A stretch of 64,000 nt of DNA from Squalus acanthias (Eukaryota): assembly GCA_030390025.1 (NCBI GenBank), contig CM059431.1, forward strand, positions 147,500,001 to 147,564,000. Reading direction: 5' to 3'. Position 1 is the stretch's first letter. Each line of letters starts with the position of its first letter. Under the pieces are notes generated by a model. The model did not search any database. It worked only from the letters and a program-made list of their open reading frames with translations, and was not told the origin of the DNA. A program made the translations under genes and the position numbers. This document shows positions 21,930 to 34,547 of the stretch, piece after piece.

Positions 21930-23432
21930 ATCAGTGCTGCCCCTCCGACAGTGCAGCACTCCCTCAGTACTGCCCCTCCGACAGTGCGGCGCTCACTCAG
22001 TACTGTCCCTCCGACAGTGCAGCGCTCCCTCAGTACTGCCCCTCCGACAGTGCGGCGCTCACTCAGTACTGTCCCTCCGACAGTGCAGCGCTCCCTCAGT
22101 ACTGCCCCTCCGACAGTGCAGCACTCCCTCAGTACTGCCCCTCCGACAGTGCAGGACTCCCTCTGTACTGCCCCTCCGACAGTGCGGCGCTCACTCAGTA
22201 CTGTCCCTCCGACCGTGCGGCGCTCCTTCAGTACTGCCCCTCCGACAGTGCAGCGCTCACTCAGTTCTGCCCCTCCGACAGTGCTGCGCTCCCTCAGTAC
22301 TGCGCTCCCTCAATACTGCCCCTCTGACAGTGCAGCGCTCCCTCAGTACTGCCCCCACCGACAGTGCAGCGCTCCCTCAGTACTGCCCCTCTGACAGTGC
22401 AGCGCTCCCTCAGTACTGCCCCTCCGACAGTGCAGCGCTCCCTCAGTACTGCCCCTCCGACCGTGCAGCGCCCCCTCAGTACTGCCCCTCCGACAGTGCA
22501 GCGCTCCCTCAGTACTGCCCCTCCGACAGTGCAGCGCTCCCTCAGTACTGCATGTCCGACAGTGCAGCACTCCCTCAGTACTGCCCCTCCGACAGTGCAA
22601 CGCTCCCTCAGTACTGCCTTAACGATGGTGCAGCACTCCCTCAGTACTGTCCCTTTGACAGTGCAGCGCTCCCTCATTACTGCCCCACCGACAGTGCAGC
22701 GCTCCCTCAGTACTGGCCCTCTGACAGTGTGGCGCTCCCTCAGTACTGCTCCTCTGACAGTGCAGCGCTCCCTCAGTACTGCTCCTCCGACAGTGCAGCG
22801 GTCCCTCAGTACTGCCTCTCCAACAGTGCAGCGCTCCCTCAGTACTGCCCCTCCGACAGTGTAGCGCTCCCTCAGTACTGCCCCTCCGACAGTGCAGCGC
22901 TCCCTCAGTACTGCCCCTCCGACAGTGCAGCACTCCCTCAGTGCTGCCCCTCCAACAGTGCAGCGCTCCCTCAGTACTGCCCCTCCGACAGTGCAGCGCT
23001 CCCTCAGTACTGCCCCTCCGACAGTGCAGCGCTCCCTCAGTACTGCACCTCCGACAGTGCAGCGCTCCCTCAGTACTGCCCCTCTGACAGTGCAGTGCTC
23101 CCTCAGTACTGCCCATCTGACAGTGCAGCACTCCCTCAGTACTGTCCCCCGACAGTGCAGAGCTCCCTCAGTGCTGCCCCTCCGACAGTGCAGCACTCCC
23201 TCAGTACTGTCCCCCGACCGTGCAGTGCTCCCTCAGTACTGCCCCTCCGACAGTGCAGAGGTCCCTCAGTACTGCCCCTCCGACAGTGCAGCGCCCCCTC
23301 AGTACTGGGCAACAGGGGATTGTCAGCCTGGGTTTATGGGGCTCGAGTCCCTGGAGTGGAGAATCTGGAACCCACGACCGTCTGACTCAGAGGCGAGAGA
23401 GACTGAGACCCACTGAGCCACGACTGACAGGT
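21930..23432 (-). repeat. 33-bp minisatellite with SINE head at about 23310-23432 (duplicate at 27258-28758)
   Basis: Array followed by reverse-strand head with GTGGCTCAGTGGG and GGTTCCAG. Confidence 0.9.
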
Positions 23433-23517
23433 AGGAAAGAATGTCATTGATGAGGAAGATATGTAGCAGGAGAGGACAAAGGGTTTGGGGAATTGGAGTC
23501 AGCGTTGTGGTACTCGC

Positions 23518-23554
23518 AGGACGTCAGGAACAGAATGTGAAACAGCCTCTCCAT
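23518..23554 (-). CDS. Putative leader (signal-peptide) exon copy A, MERLFHILFLTS, GC donor
   Basis: AAGATGG Kozak context, hydrophobic 12 codons + 1 nt, donor GCGAGT (GTGAGT in copies C and D). Confidence 0.45.
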
Positions 23555-23659
23555 CTTTACTTCAACACAAGGATTCCGGCAATAAAACAACTTTTCCTCA
23601 CAATCAGCTACACTCTGCAAGAAAATAGTCGCTCAACTGAATTACTATAATCCACGGGA

Positions 23660-23834
23660 GGAAGTGAAACCACCTGCCACTATTTTAATCTTTTCAATCT
23701 CGAGTCTCACACATCAGATTGGTCTGTGGGCAATGAATAATGCTCTAAAACATCATCCTGTCCACTTTAAACATCTGTTCACTATCAACATGCAAACATA
23801 CTGAACCTTGTTTAAACAGTGGGAGGAAGTGAAA
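23660..23834. promoter_or_regulatory. Two Ets-IRF composite (EICE-like) motifs GGAAGTGAAA upstream of leader exon A (copies at 28987-28996 and 29152-29161)
   Basis: GGAAGTGAAAC at 23660 and 23825. Confidence 0.5.
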
Positions 23835-26800
23835 CTTTGTTGGTTTCTGGTTTGTGGCGAGTTGGCAGTGGGCAGATGGGTCACACATTTCCCTTCATTG
23901 AAAGACTTTTGCATTTCTACAGCGGCTTTCACCTCCTCCGGCACGTCCCAAAGCGCTTCACAGCCAATGAAGTGCTTTGTTTTTGAAATGTTGTAGTGTG
24001 GGAAACGCGGAAGCCATTTGCGCACAGCAAGATCCCAGCGTGATAATGACCAGATCATCTGTTGTAGTGATGTTGTTGGAGGGATTAATATTGGCCCCAG
24101 GACACCGGGGATAACTCTCCCCAGTTCTTCTTCGCAATAGTAAAAAAAGAAAGACTTGCATTTCTATAGCGCCTTTCACGACCACTGGACGTCCCAACGC
24201 ACTTTACAGACAATGAAGTGATTTTTTTTTGGAGTGTAGTCACTGTTGTAATGTAGGAAACTCGGCAGCCAATTTGCGCACAGCAAGCTCCCACAAACAG
24301 CAACATGATAATGATCAGGTCATCTCATTTTTAGTGATGTTGGTTGAGGGATAAATATTGCCCGCAGGATACCGGGGAGAAGTCCCTGCTGCCCTTATTC
24401 GAAATAGTGCCCATGGGATCTTTGACACCTGAGAGAGCAGACGGTTTAACGTCTCATCCGAAAGACAGCACCTCCGGCAAGCCCCTTCACAATCTTATAT
24501 GTTTCAATAAGATCGCCTCTCCTTCTTCTGAACTCCAATGAGTAGAGTCCCAATCTACTCAACCTCTCCTCATATGTCCACCCCCTCATCCCCGGGATTA
24601 ACCGAGTGAACCTTCTTTGTACTGCCTCGAGAGCAAGTATGTCTTTTCTTAAGTTTGGACACCAAAACTGTATGCAGTATTCCAGGTGCGGTCTCACCGA
24701 TACCTTATATAACTGCAGCAATACCTCCCTGTTTTTATAATCTATCCTCCTAGCAATAAAAGCCAACAATCCGTTGGCCTTCTCAGTACTGACCCTCCGA
24801 CAGTGCAGCGCTCCCTCAGTACTGACCCTCCGACAGTGCAGCGCTCCCTCAGTACTGCCCCTCCGACAGTGCAGCGCTCCCTCAGTACTGACCCTCCGAC
24901 AGTGCAGCGCTCCCTCAGTACTGCCCCTCCGACAGTGCAGCGCTCCCTCAGTACTGCCCCTCCGACAGTGCAGCACTCCCTCAGTACTGCCCCTCCGACA
25001 GTGCAGCGCTCCCTCAGTACTGCCCCTCCGACAGTGCAGCGCTCCCTCAGTACTGCCCCTCCGACAGTGCAGCACTCTCTCAGTACTGCCCCTCCGACAG
25101 TGCTGCGCTCCCTCAGTACTGCCCCTCCGACAGTGCGGTGCTCCCTCAGCACTGCCCCTCCGACAGTGCGGCACTCCCTCAGTACTGCCCCTCCGACAGT
25201 GCGGCGCTCCCTCAGTACTGCCCCTCCGACAGTGCGGCGCTCCCTCAGTACTGTCCCTCCGACAGTGCAGTGTAGCAGGAGAGGACAAAAGGTTTGTGGA
25301 AATGAAGTCAGCGTTGTGGTTTTGTGCTCTGTCTCAGCATTCACTGCACTTTAAACATCTTCTCACTGTCAACATGCAAACGTACTGAACCTTATTTAGA
25401 CCGCACTTGGAATACTGTGCACCGTTCTGGTCTCCAGACCGCACTTGGAGCACTGAGCACAGTTCTGGTCTCCATATCACACTAGGAGAACTGTGCACAG
25501 TTCTGGTCTCCATATCACATTTGGAGCACTGTGCACAGTTCTGGTCTCCATATCACACTAGGAGAACTGTGCACAGTTCTGGTCTCCATATCACACTTGG
25601 AATACTGTGCACAGTTCTGGTCTCCATATCACACTTGGAGCACTGTGCACAGTTCTGGTCTCCCTATCACACTTGGAGCACTGTGCACAGTTCTGGTCTC
25701 CATATCACACTTGGAGCACTGTGTACAGTTCTGGTCTCCATACCACACTTAGATCTTGGCTCAGCATGCCTCCAGCCCAGTTTGGGAGGGGAGCTTGCTG
25801 TGAGCAGATTGGGTCACACATTTCCATTCATTGAAAGACTTTTCCATTTCTACAGCGCCTTTCACCTCCCCCGGCACGTCCCAAAGCGCTTCACAGCCAA
25901 TGAAGTGCTTTGTTTTTGAAGTGTTGTAATGCAGGAAATGCGGAAGCCATTTGCACACAGCAAGATCCCAGTGTGATAATGACCAGATCATCTGTTTTAG
26001 TGATGTTGTTGGAGGGATTAATATTGGCCCCAGGACACCGGGGATAACTCTCCCCAGCTCTTCTTCGCAATCGTAAAACAAGAAAGACTTGCATTTCTAG
26101 AGCGCCTTTCACGACCACCGGACGTCCCAACGCACTTTACAGCCAATGAAGGGCTTGTTTTTTGTAGTGTAGTCACTGTTGTAGTGTCGGAAACACGGCA
26201 ACCAATTTGCGCACAGCAAGCTCCCACAAACTGCAACATGATAATGATCAGGGCATCTCATTTTTAGTGATGTTGGTTGAGGGATAAATATTGCCCGCAG
26301 GATACCGGGGAGAAGTCCCTGCTGCCCTTATTCGAAATAGTGCCCATGGGATCTTTAACACCTGAGAGAGCAGACGGTTTAACATCACATCTGAAAGACA
26401 GCCCCTCCGGCAGTGCAGCACTCCCTCAGCACTGCACTGGAGTGTCAGCCTAGATTTCTGAGCTAAAGTCTCTGGAGTGGGACTTGAACCCACAACCTTC
26501 TGACTCAGAGGTGAGAGTGCTGCCCACGGAGCCTCCGCTGACACATATTAGGGTTGGTGACCTATAGCTTGGTCAAAGAGGGAGGCTTTAAGGAGAATCT
26601 TAAAGGAGGAGAGAGAGGCGGAGAGGTTTAGGGTGGGAATTCCAGAGCTTAGTGGCCCAGGCAGCTGAAGGCACGGCCGCCAATAGTGGAGCGATGGAAA
26701 TCGGGGGATGCACAAGAGGCCAGAATTGGGGGAGCGCAGAGACCTTAGAGGGATGTAGGGCTGGAGGAGGTTACAGAGATAGGGAGGGTTGTAGGGGCTG

Positions 26801-28844
26801 GAGGAGTTTACAGAGATAGGGAGGGTTGTAGGGGCTGGAGGAGGTTACAGAGATAGGGAGGGTTGTAGGGCTGGAGGAGGTTACAGAGATAGGGAGGGTT
26901 GTAGGGCTGGTGGAGGTTACAGAGATAGGAAGGGTTGTAGGGGCTGGAGGAGTTTACAGAGATAGGGAGGGTTGTAGGGGCTGGAGGAGGTTACAGAGAT
27001 AGGGAGGGTTGTAGTGCTGGAGGAGGTTACAGAGATAGGGAGGGTTGTAGGGGCTGGAGGAGGTTACAGAGATAGGGAGGGTTGTAGGGCTGGAGGAGGT
27101 TACAGAGATAGGGAGGGATGTAGGGCTGGAGGAGGTTTTAGAGATAGGGAGGGTTGTAGGGCTGGAGGAGGTTACAGAGATAGGGAGGGTTGTAGGGCTG
27201 GAGGAGGTTACAGAGATAGGGAGGGTTATAGGGGCTGGAGGAGGTTACAGCGCCCCATCAGTGCTGCCCCTCCGACAGTGCAGCACTCCCTCAGTACTGC
27301 CCCTCCGACAGTGCGGCGCTCACTCAGTACTGTCCCTCCGACAGTGCAGCGCTCCCTCAGTACTGCCCCTCCGACAGTGCGGCGCTCACTCAGTACTGTC
27401 CCTCCGACAGTGCAGCGCTCCCTCAGTACTGCCCCTCCGACAGTGCAGCACTCCCTCAGTACTGCCCCTCCGACAGTGCAGCACTCCCTCTGTACTGCCC
27501 CTCCGACAGTGCGGCGCTCACTCAGTACTGTCCCTCCGACCGTGCGGCGCTCCTTCAGTACTGCCCCTCCGACAGTGCAGCGCTCACTCAGTTCTGCCCC
27601 TCCGACAGTGCTGCGCTCCCTCAGTACTGCGCTCCCTCAATACTGCCCCTCTGACAGTGCAGCGCTCCCTCAGTACTGCCCCCACCGACAGTGCAGCGCT
27701 CCCTCAGTACTGCCCCTCTGACAGTGCAGCGCTCCCTCAGTACTGCCCCTCCGACAGTGCAGCGCTCCCTCAGTACTGCCCCTCCGACCGTGCAGCGCCC
27801 CCTCAGTACTGCCCCTCCGACAGTGCAGCGCTCCCTCAGTACTGCCCCTCCGAAAGTGCAGCGCTCCCTCAGTACTGCATGTCCGACAGTGCAGCACTCC
27901 CTCAGTACTGCCCCTCCGACAGTGCAACGCTCCCTCAGTACTGCCTTAACGATGGTGCAGCACTCCCTCAGTACTGTCCCTTTGACAGTGCAGCGCTCCC
28001 TCATTACTGCCCCACCGACAGTGCAGCGCTCCCTCAGTACTGGCCCTCTGACAGTGTAGCGCTCCCTCAGTACTGCTCCTCTGACAGTGCAGCGCTCCCT
28101 CAGTACTGCTCCTCCGACAGTGCAGCGGTCCCTCAGTACTGCCTCTCCAACAGTGCAGCGCTCCCTCAGTACTGCCCCTCCGACAGTGTAGCGCTCCCTC
28201 AGTACTGCCCCTCCGACAGTGCAGCGCTCCCTCAGTACTGCCCCTCCGACAGTGCAGCACTCCCTCAGTGCTGCCCCTCCAACAGTGCAGCGCTCCCTCA
28301 GTACTGCCCCTCCGACAGTGCAGCGCTCCCTCAGTACTGCCCCTCCGACAGTGCAGCGCTCCCTCAGTACTGCACCTCCGACAGTGCAGCGCTCCCTCAG
28401 TACTGCCCCTCTGACAGTGCAGTGCTCCCTCAGTACTGCCCATCTGACAGTGCAGCACTCCCTCAGTACTGTCCCCCGACAGTGCAGAGCTCCCTCAGTA
28501 CTGCCCCTCCGACAGTGCAGCACTCCCTCAGTACTGTCCCCCGACCGTGCAGTGCTCCCTCAGTACTGCCCCTCCGACAGTGCAGAGGTCCCTCAGTACT
28601 GCCCCTCCGACAGTGCAGCGCCCCCTCAGTACTGGGCAACAGGGGATTGTCAGCCTGGGTTTATGGGGCTCGAGTCCCTGGAGTGGAGAATCTGGAACCC
28701 ACGACCGTCTGACTCAGAGGCGAGAGAGACTGAGACCCACTGAGCCACGACTGACAGGTAGGAAAGAAAGTCATTGATGAGGAAGATATGTAGCAGGAGA
28801 GGACAAAGGGTTTGGGGAATTGGAGTCAGCGTTGTGGTACTCGC

Positions 28845-28881
28845 AGGACGTCAGGAACAGAATGTGAAACAGCCTCTCCAT
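28845..28881 (-). CDS. Putative leader exon copy B, MERLFHILFLTS, GC donor
   Basis: Identical to copy A within the 5.3-kb duplication. Confidence 0.45.
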
Positions 28882-29805
28882 CTTTACTTCAACACAAGGA
28901 TTCCGGCAATAAAACAACTTTTCCTCACAATCAGCTACACTCTGCAAGAAAATAGTCGCTCAACTGAATTACTATAATCCACGGGAGGAAGTGAAACCAC
29001 CTGCCACTATTTTAATCTTTTCAATCTCGAGTCTCACACATCAGATTGGTCTGTGGGCAATGAATAATGCTCTAAAACATCATCCTGTCCACTTTAAACA
29101 TCTGTTCACTATCAACATGCAAACATACTGAACCTTGTTTAAACAGTGGGAGGAAGTGAAACTTTGTTGGTTTCTGGTTTGTGGCGAGTTGGCAGTGGGC
29201 AGATGGGTCACACATTTCCCTTCATTGAAAGACTTTTGCATTTCTACAGCGGCTTTCACCTCCTCCGGCACGTCCCAAAGCGCTTCACAGCCAATGAAGT
29301 GCTTTGTTTTTGAAATGTTGTAGTGTGGGAAACGCGGAAGCCATTTGCGCACAGCAAGATCCCAGCGTGATAATGACCAGATCATCTGTTGTAGTGATGT
29401 TGTTGGAGGGATTAATATTGGCCCCAGGACACCGGGGATAACTCTCCCCAGTTCTTCTTCGCAATAGTAAAAAAAGAAAGACTTGCATTTCTATAGCGCC
29501 TTTCACGACCACTGGACGTCCCAACGCACTTTACAGACAATGAAGTGATTTTTTTTTGGAGTGTAGTCACTGTTGTAATGTAGGAAACTCGGCAGCCAAT
29601 TTGCGCACAGCAAGCTCCCACAAACAGCAACATGATAATGATCAGGTCATCTCATTTTTAGTGATGTTGGTTGAGGGATAAATATTGCCCGCAGGATACC
29701 GGGGAGAAGTCCCTGCTGCCCTTATTCGAAATAGTGCCCATGGGATCTTTGACACCTGAGAGAGCAGACGGTTTAACGTCTCATCCGAAAGACAGCACCT
29801 CCGGC

Positions 29806-32235
29806 AAGCCCCTTCACAATCTTATATGTTTCAATAAGATCGCCTCTCCTTCTTCTGAACTCCAATGAGTAGAGTCCCAATCTACTCAACCTCTCCTCAT
29901 ATGTCCACCCCCTCATCCCCGGGATTAACCGAGTGAACCTTCTTTGTACTGCCTCGAGAGCAAGTATGTCTTTTCTTAAGTTTGGACACCAAAACTGTAT
30001 GCAGTATTCCAGGTGCGGTCTCACCGATACCTTATATAACTGCAGCAATACCTCCCTGTTTTTATAATCTATCCTCCTAGCAATAAAAGCCAACAATCCG
30101 TTGGCCTTCTTGATCACCTGCTGCACCTGGATACTAACTTTTTGATTTTCTTGCACTAGGACCCCCAGATCCCTTTGTACTGCAGTACTTTCCAGTTTCT
30201 CGCCATTAAGATAATAACTTGCTCTCTGATTTTTCCTGCCAAAGTGCATCACCTCACATTTTCCAATATTGTATTGCATCTGCCAAATGTCCGCCCACTC
30301 ACCCAGCCTGTCTATATCCCCTTGTAGGTTTTTTATGTCCTCCTCACTTTCTACTTTCCCTCCCATCTTTGTTTCATCTGCAAACTTTGATATGTTACAC
30401 TCGGTCCCCTCCTCCAAATCGTCAATATAGATTGTAAAGAGTTGGGGACCCAGCACTGACCCCTGCGGAACACCACTGGCTACTGGTTGCCAGTCCGAGA
30501 ATGAACCATTTATCCCAACTCTCTGCTTCCTGTTAGATAACCAATTCTCCACCCATGCCAGAATATTACCCCCAATCCAGTGATTTTTTATCTTGAGCAA
30601 TAATCTTTTATGTGGCACCTTGTCGAATGCCTTCTAGAAGTCTAAATACACTACGTCCACTGGTTCCCCTTTATCCACCCTGTACGTTATGTCCTCAAAG
30701 AACTCAATCAAATTTGTCAGACATGACTTCCCCTTCATAAAGCCATGCTGACTTTGTCCTATTAAATTATGTATATCTAAATGTTCCGTTACTGTCTCCT
30801 TAATAATAGACTCCAAAATTTTACCCACCACAGATGTTAGGCTAACTGGTCTATAATTTCCAGCCTTCTGCCTACTACCCTTTTTAAATAAGGGTGTTAC
30901 ATTCACAGTTTTCCAATCTGCCGGGACCTTTGCTGAGTCCAGGGAATTTTGGAAAATGATTACCAAAGCATCCACAATCCCAACTGCCACTTCCCTCAAG
31001 ACCCTAGGATGTAAGTCATCAGGTCCAGGGGATTTATCCGCCTTGAGTCCCATTATTTTACTGAGTACCAATTCCTCAGTGATTTTAATCGTATTTAGTT
31101 CCTCCCCCCCTAGAGCCCCCTGTTTGTCCAGTGTTGGGATGTTCTTAGTGTCCTCTACCGTAAAGACTGAAACAAAATATTTGTTCAGCATTTTTGCCAT
31201 CTCCATGTTTCCCACCATTAATTTCCCGGTCTCATCCTCTAAGGGACCTATGTTTGCCTTAGCCACCCTTTTTCTTTTTATATAACTATAGAAACTCTTG
31301 CTATCTGTTTTTATATTTTTTGCTAATTTATTTTCATAATCTATCTTCCCTTTCTTAATCAATCCTTTAGTTACTTTTAGCTGTCTTTTGAAGACTTCCC
31401 AATCTTCTATCCTCCCACTAAGTTTGGCTACCTTATATGTCCTTGTTTTTAGTCGGATACTATCCTTAATTTCTTTACTTAGCCACGGATGGCTGTCATT
31501 TCTTTTACACCCTTTTTTCTTCAGTGGAATATATATCTTTTGAAAGTTGTAAAATAACTCCTTGAATGAACACCACTGCTCATGTACCGTCTTACCCTTT
31601 AATCTATTTTCCCAGTCCACTTTAATCAATTCCGCTCTCATACCATCATAGTCTCCTTTATTCAAGCTCAGTACGCTTGTTTGAGAACCAACCTTCTCAC
31701 CCTCTAATTGGATAGGGAACTCAACCATGTTATGGTCACTCATTCCAAGGGGATCCTTAACTAGGACATTATTAATTAATCCTGACTCATTACACAGGAC
31801 CAGGTCCAAGGTTGCTTGCCCCCTTGTAGGATCAGTTACATACTGCTCAAGAAATCCATCCCGAATACACTCAATAAACTCTTCCTCAAGGCTGCCCTGC
31901 CCAATTTGATTTGTCCAGTTATTATGTTAGTTAAAATCCCCCATAATTATAGCTGTTCCCTTATTACATGCCCCAACTATTTCCTTATTAATACTTCTTC
32001 CAGCAGAGTTGCAAATATTAGGAGGCCTATATACTACTCCCACTAGTGTTTTTTTCCCCTTATTATTCCTTATCTCCACCCAAACTGTTTCATTATCCTG
32101 ATCCTTTGACCCAATATCATTTCTCTGTATTACAGTGATTCCTTCCTTTATTAACATAGCCACCCCACATCCCCTTCTTTCCTGCCTGTCCTTCCTGATT
32201 GTTAAATAACCTGGCCTATTTAATTCCCAATCGTT
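29806..32235 (-). mobile_element. CR1 ORF2 fragment (APE C-terminal part + RT), truncated at both ends; partial copy at 24479-24781
   Basis: ORFs 31927-32163, 30634-31809, 29773-30618 with YRPP, GDFN, SDH, NYRPVSL, QHGF, GVPQGSVLGP, FADE. Confidence 0.92.
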
Positions 32236-32244
32236 GTCACCCTG

Positions 32245-33785
32245 CAGGTTGTATGGGCTGGAGGAGGTTACAGAGATAGGGAGAGTTGTAGGGCTGGAGG
32301 AGGTTACAGAGAAAGGGAGGGTTGTAGGGCTGGAGGAGGTTATAGAGCTAGGGAGGGTAATAGGGGCTGGTGAAGGTTACAGCGATAGGGATTGTTGTAG
32401 GGCTGGACGAGGTTACAGCACTCCCTCAGTACTGCCCCTCCGACAGTGCAGCGCTCCCTCTACTGCCCCTCCGACAGTGCGGCGCTCCCTCAGTACTGCC
32501 CCTCCGACAGTGCAGCGCTCCCTCAGTACTGCCCCTCCGACAGTGCGGCGTTCCCTCAGTACTGCCCCCCCCCCGACCGTGCGGCGCTCCCTCAGTACTG
32601 CCCCTCCGACAGTGCAGCGCTCACTCAGTTCTGCCCCTCCGACAGTGCAGCGCTCCCTCAGTACTGCCCCCTCCGACAGTGCAGCGCTCCCTCAGTACTG
32701 CCCCTCTGACAGTGCAGCGCTCCCTCAGTACTGCCCCTCCGACAGTGCAGCGCTCCCTCAGTACTGCCCCTCCGACAGTGCAGCGCCCCCTCAGTACTGC
32801 CCCTCCGACAGTGCAGCGCTCCCTCAGTACTGCATGACCGACAGTGCAGCACTCCCTCAGTACTGCCTCTCCGACAGTGCAGCGATCCCTCAGTACTGCC
32901 CCTCCGACAGTGGGGCGATGCCTCAGTACAACCCCTCTAACAGAGCAGTGCTCCCTCAGTACTGAGCCTCCGACAGAGCAGCGCTCCCTCAGTACTGCCC
33001 CAACGAAGGTGCAGCACTCCGTCAGTACTGTCCCTTCGACAGTGCAGTGCTCCCTCAGTACTGCCCCTCCGACAGTGCAGCGTTCCCTCAGTACTGCCCC
33101 TCCGACAGTGCAGCGCTCCCTCAGTACTGCCCCTCCGACAGTGCAGCGCTCCCTCAGTACTGCCCCTCCGACAGTGCAGCACTGCCTCAGTACTGCCCCC
33201 CCGACAGTGCAGCGCTCCCTCAGTACTGCCTCTCCAACAGTGCAGCGCTCCCTCAGTACTGCCCCTACGACAGTGCAGCGCTCCCTCAGTACTGCCCTCC
33301 GACAGTGCAGCGCTCCCTCAGTACTGCCCCTTCGGCAGTGCAGCGCTCCCTCAGTACTGGCCCTCTGACAGTGCGGTACTCCCTCAGTACTGCCCCTCCG
33401 ACAGTGCGGCACTCCCTCAGTACTGCCCCTCCGACAGTGCAGCGCTCCCTCAGTACTGCCCTCCGACAGTGCAGCGCTCCCTCAGTACTGCCCCTCCGGC
33501 AGTGCAGCGCTCCCTCAGTACTGGCCCTCTGACAGTGCGGCACTCCCTCAGTACTGGCCCTCCGACAGTGCAGCGCTCCCTCAGTACTGGCCCTCTGACA
33601 GTGCGGCGCTCCCTCAGTACTGCCCCTCCGACAGTGCGGCGCTCCCTCAGTACTGGGCAACCAGGGAGTGTCAGCCTGGGATTATGGGGCTCGAGTCTCT
33701 GGAGTGGAGAATCTGGAACCCACGACCGTCTGACTCAGAGGCGAGAGAGAGAGAGAGTCTGAGACCCACTGAGCCACGACTGACA
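32245..33785. repeat. 36-bp L2-derived repeat (32245-32415), 33-bp minisatellite (32416-33655) and minus-strand SINE head
   Basis: Same arrangement as 21400-23432. Confidence 0.88.
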
Positions 33786-33873
33786 GGTAGGAAAGAAAGT
33801 CATTGATCAGGAAGATATGTAGCAGGAGAGGACAAAGGGTTTGGGGAATTGAAGTCAGCGTTGTGGTACTCAC

Positions 33874-33910
33874 AGAACGTCAGGAACAGAATGTGAAACA
33901 GCCACTCCAT
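33874..33910 (-). CDS. Putative leader exon copy C, MEWLFHILFLTF, GT donor
   Basis: ATGGAGTGGCTGTTTCACATTCTGTTCCTGACGTTCT|GTGAGT; IRF-like AAAGTGAAA at 34017-34025. Confidence 0.55.
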
Positions 33911-34547
33911 CTTTACTTCAACGCAAGGATTTCGGCAATAAACCAACTTGTCTTCACAATCAGGTACACTCTGCAAGAAATTAGTCGCTCAACTGCATTA
34001 CAGTATTCCACGTGACAAAGTGAAACCACCTCCTCCTATTATAATCTTTTCAATCTCGCACCTCACACATCTGACTGTCTGAGGGAAATGAATTAATGCG
34101 TTCTATCTCATCTTCTCACTGTCAACATGCAAACGTACTGAACCTTATTTAGACCGTACTTGGAGTACTCTGCACAGTTCTGGTCTCCATATCACACTTG
34201 GAGCACTCTGCACAGTTCTGGTCTCCATATCACACCTGGAGCACCGTGCACAGTTCTGGTCTTCATATCACACTTGGAGCACTCTGCACAGTTCTGGTCT
34301 CCATATCACACCTGGAGCACCGTGCACAGTTCTGGTCTTCATATCACACTTGGAGCACTGTTCATTGTTCTGGTTTCCATATCACACTTGGAGCACTGTG
34401 CACAGTTTTGGTCTCCATATCACACTTGGAGCACTCTGCACAGTTCTGGTCTCCATATCACACTTGGAGCACCGTGCACAGTTCTGGTCTTCATATCACA
34501 CTTGGAGCACTGTGCACAGTTCTGGTCTCCATATCACACTTGGAGTA

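Larger units (their letters stand above)
19420..30110. repeat. Near-identical tandem segmental duplication, period about 5.33-5.36 kb
   Basis: About 19420-24781 matches about 24782-30110; paired ORFs (20044/25407, 23753/29080, 24344/29671) are nearly or fully identical. Confidence 0.92.

Noticed and set aside
21934..23385. Long ORFs of up to 483 aa over the 33-bp arrays (also 2342-3334, 27261-28712, 38089-39399)
   Set aside because: Open in several frames on both strands because the 33-bp unit lacks stops; the sequence is a SINE-derived minisatellite
24446..25288. 280-aa ORF fusing repeat peptide to RT C-terminus
   Set aside because: Chance in-frame junction at the duplication breakpoint between minisatellite and truncated CR1
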